Assembly (NCBI GenBank): GCA_041753235.1
Contig: JBGSUZ010000242.1
Span: 1-31,915, forward strand
DNA: 31,915 nucleotides
Source of the DNA: Acidaminobacteraceae bacterium
GTDB taxonomy: Bacteria; Bacillota; Clostridia; Peptostreptococcales; Acidaminobacteraceae
Reading direction: 5' to 3'
Shown: in pieces, positions 27,726 to 31,915 of the stretch
How the letters are laid out: the number at the start of each line of letters is the position of its first letter
How positions within the stretch are numbered: position 1 is the first letter of the stretch
Made by a program: the position numbers and the translations under genes
Notes under the pieces: model-generated
What the model saw: the letters and a program-made list of their open reading frames with translations, nothing else
Databases searched by the model: none
Told to the model about the DNA's origin: nothing

Positions 27726-28655
27726 ATGGACTTAGGACATAGAGTTATGTCAGGAGATAAGCGGGCTGCGGCCCGCCTAATCTCCTTGATTGAAAACAAG
27801 GATCCTGAAGCGTTAGAGGTTCTTAAGGCGTGTTATCAGCATACAGGAAAGGCTTTTGTCATCGGTATAACAGGGCCTCCGGGTGCGGGTAAAAGCACCT
27901 TGACAGACAAATTGGCTAAACTGGCTAGAAAGCAGGGTCATCAAGTCGGCATTGTTGCCGTAGACCCAACGAGTCCTTTTACTGGTGGTGCTATTTTGGG
28001 TGACCGGGTTCGCATGAATGATCTATCCACAGACCCGGGAGTCTTCATAAGAAGTATGGGCGCAAGAGGCCACTTAGGCGGCATATCTGAGGCAACAGCG
28101 GCAACCATTAAAATATTAGACTTGTACGGCTGTGATTATATTTTTGTCGAAACCGTAGGTGTAGGTCAATCGGAAATCGACATCGTCAAGAACTGCGACA
28201 CGACCCTCATGGTGACTGTGCCAGGACTTGGTGACGACATCCAAGCGATCAAAGCGGGAATCATGGAAATAGGAGATGTGTTTGCGGTCAATAAGTCAGA
28301 CCGAGATGGTGCACAGCGCACTGCGCGCGAAATTGAAATGATGCTCGACTTCAATCATAGTGACTGGCGTCCGCCAGTGAAAATGGTAGCGGCTGCATTA
28401 AATCAAGGCATTGAAGAACTATACGAAGCCCTTCATGAACATCGGACGTATATGCTAAGCAGTGGGAAGTTTGAAAAGCGGCGCGTCCAAAATGCGAAGA
28501 ATGAGCTCTTAGAGCTGGTTAAGATTCAGGTCATGCAAAAACTATTGGATCCAAATGCCCATGGTGAAAGTTTGGATCTATTGGCAGAAGCGGTTGCAAA
28601 TCGCTCGAAAGATCCATATAGCGCAAGCCAACAAATTATCAATGAATTTCTTTAA
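27726..28655 (+). CDS. meaB: MeaB/ArgK G-protein chaperone of methylmalonyl-CoA mutase
   Basis: GPPGAGKS, VDPTSPFTGGAILGDRVRM, ETVGVGQSE, GDDIQAIKAG, NKSD. Start is ATG 27726 (GGTGA upstream) or GTG 27717. Confidence 0.94.
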   Translation: MDLGHRVMSGDKRAAARLISLIENKDPEALEVLKACYQHTGKAFVIGITGPPGAGKSTLTDKLAKLARKQGHQVGIVAVDPTSPFTGGAILGDRVRMNDLSTDPGVFIRSMGARGHLGGISEATAATIKILDLYGCDYIFVETVGVGQSEIDIVKNCDTTLMVTVPGLGDDIQAIKAGIMEIGDVFAVNKSDRDGAQRTAREIEMMLDFNHSDWRPPVKMVAAALNQGIEELYEALHEHRTYMLSSGKFEKRRVQNAKNELLELVKIQVMQKLLDPNAHGESLDLLAEAVANRSKDPYSASQQIINEFL

Positions 28656-28694
28656 ATTTGTGCAAACCAGCAGCGAAGAATAGGGGGAAATCCA

Positions 28695-29099
28695 ATGAAT
28701 GTTATGAAAGTAGACCACATCGGCATTGCCGTTAAAAATTTAGACGAAACACTTAAGTTTTATACTGACATTTTAGGCCTACAGCTTCAGGGCACTGAGG
28801 TTGTTGAAGAACAAAAGGTTAGAGTTGCATTCCTGCCTGTCGGCGACACAGAAGTTGAACTTTTAGAGTCAACTTCAGAGGATGGCCCCATTGCAAAGTT
28901 CATAGAAAAAAACGGAGAAGGCGTACAACATATCGCGTTTAAAGTAGATGACATCGAAGCTGCCATTGAAGAAATGAAAGCAAAAGGCATGATGATGATC
29001 GACGATAAACCAAGATACGGCGCAGGTGGGGCAAGAATTGCCTTCATGCATCCTAAGAGCACACATCGTGTATTAGTAGAACTCAGCGAACGCAAGTAA
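28695..29099 (+). CDS. mce: Methylmalonyl-CoA epimerase
   Basis: DHIGIAV, VELLE, GEGVQHIAF, FMHPKST..VLVEL (VOC-fold metal ligands), within the mutase operon. Confidence 0.93.
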   Translation: MNVMKVDHIGIAVKNLDETLKFYTDILGLQLQGTEVVEEQKVRVAFLPVGDTEVELLESTSEDGPIAKFIEKNGEGVQHIAFKVDDIEAAIEEMKAKGMMMIDDKPRYGAGGARIAFMHPKSTHRVLVELSERK

Positions 29100-29112
29100 G
29101 CGAAGTCTATTT

Positions 29113-29132
29113 AGGGAGACGTGTGTCTCCTT
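29113..29132 (+). other. GC-rich intercistronic hairpin between mce and mmdA
   Basis: AGGGAGAC-GTGT-GTCTCCTT, with no real poly-T tail. Confidence 0.5.
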
Positions 29133-29164
29133 GTTAGTATAGCAGGCATAGGAGGAAGAGGTTG

Positions 29165-30712
29165 ATGGCAATCAATAGAATTGAAGAGCTGCGCCAACTG
29201 AAAGCCAAGGTTGCAGAAGGTGGCGGCAAGAAAAGGATTGAAAAGCAACATGAGAGCGGCAAGTTAAGCGCTAGAGAGCGTATGCTGCTCTTGTTTGACG
29301 AAAATACATTTGTAGAAATGGATGCTTTTGTAAAGCACCGCTGTACCAATTTCGGTATGGAGAGTGTTGATGCACCCGGTGAAGGGGTTATTACAGGCTA
29401 TGGCTATGTTGAGGGTAGATTGGTGTATGCCTTTGCACAAGATTTTACAGTTGTCGGCGGTTCGTTAGGCGAAATGCACGCTGCGAAAATTTGCAAAGTG
29501 TTAGACAATGCACTCAAAATGGGCGTTCCTGTAGTTGGCTTAAATGACTCAGGTGGCGCAAGAATTCAAGAAGGCGTAGATGCGCTTTCGGGTTACGGGA
29601 AAATATTCTACAAAAACACCATTGCCTCAGGGGTGATTCCACAAATCACAGCCATCATGGGCCCTTGTGCAGGGGGCGCGGTTTATTCGCCAGCGCTGAC
29701 AGACTTTGTCTTTATGGTAGAAAAAACATCTCAAATGTTCATCACTGGCCCTCAAGTTATCAAGACGGTTACTGGTGAAGACGTGACAGCTGAAGCCCTA
29801 GGCGGCGCAGCAACTCATAATACGATTTCTGGTGTAGCGCATTATCAATGTCCTAACGACGAAACTTGTATTTTAGAAATTAGAAAACTCCTCAGCTACC
29901 TGCCTTCCAACAACATGGAAACGACACCGGAAATCTTCACAGAAGATGACATGAACCGCCTCGTTCCAGAACTGGACAGCATCATGCCTGAGAACTCAAA
30001 TAAAGCCTATGACATGTACGACATAATTCGTGCAGTGGTAGACGATGGCGATATATTCGACTATCAAGCAAACTTTGCTAAAAACATTATTACTTGTTTT
30101 GCTCGTATCAACGGAAAATCTGTTGGAATCATTGCCAACCAGCCAAAAGTACAGGCAGGTTGCTTAGACATCAATGCATCGGACAAATCAGCACGCTTTA
30201 TTAGAACTTGTGATGCCTTCAATATTCCGCTTGTCAACATGGTAGACGTTCCGGGCTTCCTTCCGGGTGCGAACCAAGAGTACGCGGGCATCATTCGCCA
30301 CGGCGCTAAAATGCTTTATGCTTATAGTGAAGCAACTGTGCCAAAAATCACAATGATCGTTAGAAAAGCTTACGGTGGTTCTTACTTAGCGATGTGTTCC
30401 AAAGACCTCGGTGCGGATTTAGTACTCGCATGGCCTACAGCTGAAATTGCGGTTATGGGACCTCAAGGCGCAGCCAACATCATCTTTAGAAAAGAGATTT
30501 CAGAAGCGGAAAACCCAGCAGAAACGCGTCAAAAAATGGTTCAAGACTACACCGATGAATTTGCAACGCCTTACAAAGCAGCAGAACGTGGATTTGTAGA
30601 TGATGTTATCGAGCCATCAGAAACACGTATTCGATTAATTGACGCCCTTAATATGCTCGAATCGAAGCGTGAAAGCAGACCGCCTAAAAAACATGGCAAC
30701 GTGCCACTATAG
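29165..30712 (+). CDS. mmdA: Methylmalonyl-CoA decarboxylase alpha (carboxyltransferase) subunit
   Basis: [61 protein letters not shown]; flanked by mce and Na+-pump subunits. Start is ATG 29165 or TTG 29162. Confidence 0.9.
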   Translation: MAINRIEELRQLKAKVAEGGGKKRIEKQHESGKLSARERMLLLFDENTFVEMDAFVKHRCTNFGMESVDAPGEGVITGYGYVEGRLVYAFAQDFTVVGGSLGEMHAAKICKVLDNALKMGVPVVGLNDSGGARIQEGVDALSGYGKIFYKNTIASGVIPQITAIMGPCAGGAVYSPALTDFVFMVEKTSQMFITGPQVIKTVTGEDVTAEALGGAATHNTISGVAHYQCPNDETCILEIRKLLSYLPSNNMETTPEIFTEDDMNRLVPELDSIMPENSNKAYDMYDIIRAVVDDGDIFDYQANFAKNIITCFARINGKSVGIIANQPKVQAGCLDINASDKSARFIRTCDAFNIPLVNMVDVPGFLPGANQEYAGIIRHGAKMLYAYSEATVPKITMIVRKAYGGSYLAMCSKDLGADLVLAWPTAEIAVMGPQGAANIIFRKEISEAENPAETRQKMVQDYTDEFATPYKAAERGFVDDVIEPSETRIRLIDALNMLESKRESRPPKKHGNVPL

Positions 30713-30727
30713 AAAGGTGGAAGACAA

Positions 30728-31165
30728 ATGGATTTTTTAGAGGTATTTAAGGATCCCAACACGATTCACACGCTGAGTATGAATCAAAAAATAATTGCAG
30801 CCCTTATGGTAACGGTTATTGGTATGGGAACTACGTTTGTAGGACTGGTTGTTATTCAATGGATGATTCAACTGTCGTCGGTAATCGTGCGTGGTATAGA
30901 GACTAAAATGAATAAGGCGGTGACGGTAGACAAGTCACCAACAGTTAAACCTGAAACAGTACGGGTGTCACCAGTCGAATCAGTTTCGACTTTAGAAAGT
31001 GATGAAATCACTGAAGAATTAGTAGCAGTTATTACAGCAGCCATAGCGGCATCACTTGAAACACATACCAGCAACATCGTGGTTAGAAATATTCGAAGAA
31101 TGAGCCAAGCAGAACCAGCATGGGCAAACGCTGGACGTTCAGAACAGCTTAACAGCAGATTTTAA
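30728..31165 (+). CDS. mmdD: Na+-translocating decarboxylase delta subunit (OadG/MmdD family)
   Basis: Single TM VIGMGTTFVGLVVI, linker, ELVAVITAAIAA, and C-terminal W..AGR.EQL. Confidence 0.85.
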   Translation: MDFLEVFKDPNTIHTLSMNQKIIAALMVTVIGMGTTFVGLVVIQWMIQLSSVIVRGIETKMNKAVTVDKSPTVKPETVRVSPVESVSTLESDEITEELVAVITAAIAASLETHTSNIVVRNIRRMSQAEPAWANAGRSEQLNSRF

Positions 31166-31177
31166 CAGGGGGATTGG

Positions 31178-31576
31178 ATGATGAGAAAGTTCAATATTAC
31201 GGTAAATGGTAAGAATTATGAAGTAGATGTAGAAGAAGTAGGCGGTGCGGTATCAGCACCAAGACCAAGTGCGCCAGCACCGCAAGCGGCGGCGCCAAGA
31301 CCCGCTGCACCAGCACCAAAACCAGAAGTGCCAGCAGCGGCACCAGTTGCAGTTCCAGAAGGCGGTACAAAAGTAACATCGCCAATGCCAGGCACAATTT
31401 TAGACATTCGCGTTAAAGTTGGCGACACGGTTAAGTCAAACGACGTGTTGCTCATCCTTGAAGCTATGAAAATGGAAAATGAAATCATGGCGCCTCAAGC
31501 AGGTCGAGTAGCTGCAATTGCAGTAGCAAAAGGCGCTTCTGTCAACTCTGGTGAGCTCTTAATCGTCATCGAATAA
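31178..31576 (+). CDS. mmdC: Biotin carboxyl carrier (gamma) subunit
   Basis: FNITVNGKNYEVDVEE, Ala/Pro linker, SPMPGTI, biotinylation motif EAMKM. Start is 31178 or 31181. Confidence 0.92.
   Translation: MMRKFNITVNGKNYEVDVEEVGGAVSAPRPSAPAPQAAAPRPAAPAPKPEVPAAAPVAVPEGGTKVTSPMPGTILDIRVKVGDTVKSNDVLLILEAMKMENEIMAPQAGRVAAIAVAKGASVNSGELLIVIE
31256..31318 (+). repeat. Two 27-nt imperfect direct repeats (36-nt period) encoding APRP(S/A)APAP in the MmdC hinge
   Basis: GCACCAAGACCAAGTGCGCCAGCACCG (31256-31282) and GCGCCAAGACCCGCTGCACCAGCACCA (31292-31318). Confidence 0.7.
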
Positions 31577-31610
31577 GCACTCACAAATAGAATTGAAAGG
31601 AGAGCCCACA

Positions 31611-31915
31611 ATGGCAGAAGCTATATTTGATTTTCTAAAAAGCACGGGCTTTGCGAATATGACACTTGGTCAAGGGGCCATGCTTATGGTCTCGTTTGTA
31701 TTTCTCTACTTGGCTATTCGACATGAATTCGAGCCCTTATTGTTAATTCCCATTGCCTTCGGCATGCTATTGGCAAACTTGCCTTTAGCAGGTCTTATGG
31801 CAGAGCCGGATGCAGCAAACCCTATCGGTGGTTTGCTCTACTACCGGTATCAAGGTGACCACCTTGGTATATTCCCACCGCTAATATTCCTTGGCGTAGG
31901 GGCAATGACGGACTT
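31611..31915 (+). CDS. mmdB: Na+-translocating decarboxylase beta subunit (OadB/MmdB), 3'-truncated by the window edge; absent from the ORF track
   Basis: Hand translation from ATG 31611 (AAGGAG 8 nt upstream): MAEAIFDFLKSTGF...YLAIRHEFEPLLLIPIAFGMLLANLP...GGLLYY...GIFPPLIFLGVGAMTD; frame open to the end. Confidence 0.93.
   Translation, partial: MAEAIFDFLKSTGFANMTLGQGAMLMVSFVFLYLAIRHEFEPLLLIPIAFGMLLANLPLAGLMAEPDAANPIGGLLYYRYQGDHLGIFPPLIFLGVGAMTD

Noticed and set aside
739-31488. All minus-strand and alternative-frame ORFs in the track (60-133 aa)
   Set aside because: Each lies inside or across a well-supported + strand gene and shows no recognisable motif; they are treated as shadow ORFs.
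1-31915. CRISPR arrays, IS elements, prophage genes, frameshifted pseudogenes
   Set aside because: No regularly spaced repeats, transposase or integrase motifs were seen, and every recognised gene is full length apart from the two cut by the window edges.

Overview
A housekeeping-plus-metabolic stretch of a Firmicute chromosome; gene content suggests an anaerobic Clostridia-type organism (inference). Every supportable gene is on the + strand. The left two-thirds is the conserved glmU-prs-pth-mfd-prsA-yabM-mazG-hup-rqcP(yabO)-divIC-yabR-tRNA(Met)-tilS-ftsH backbone. The sporulation genes that usually punctuate it (spoVT, yabP, yabQ, spoIIE) and hpt are absent. Two extra blocks interrupt it: a dCache_1 chemoreceptor with an intact amino-acid-binding motif between prs and pth, and a tightly coupled GNAT-tldD-pmbA(tldE) operon after tRNA-Met. 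The right third is a succinate/propionate (methylmalonyl-CoA) cluster: FlK-type thioesterase, two-subunit class I fumarase-type hydro-lyase, split B12 methylmalonyl-CoA mutase, MeaB, epimerase and a Na+-pumping decarboxylase mmdADCB that runs off the window end. No mobile element, CRISPR array, rRNA or clear pseudogene was found. The best candidate for an undescribed system is the GNAT (NAT16/histidine-acetyltransferase-like by a remembered motif match) coupled to TldD/TldE. All family calls rest on motif recognition by eye; no searches were run.
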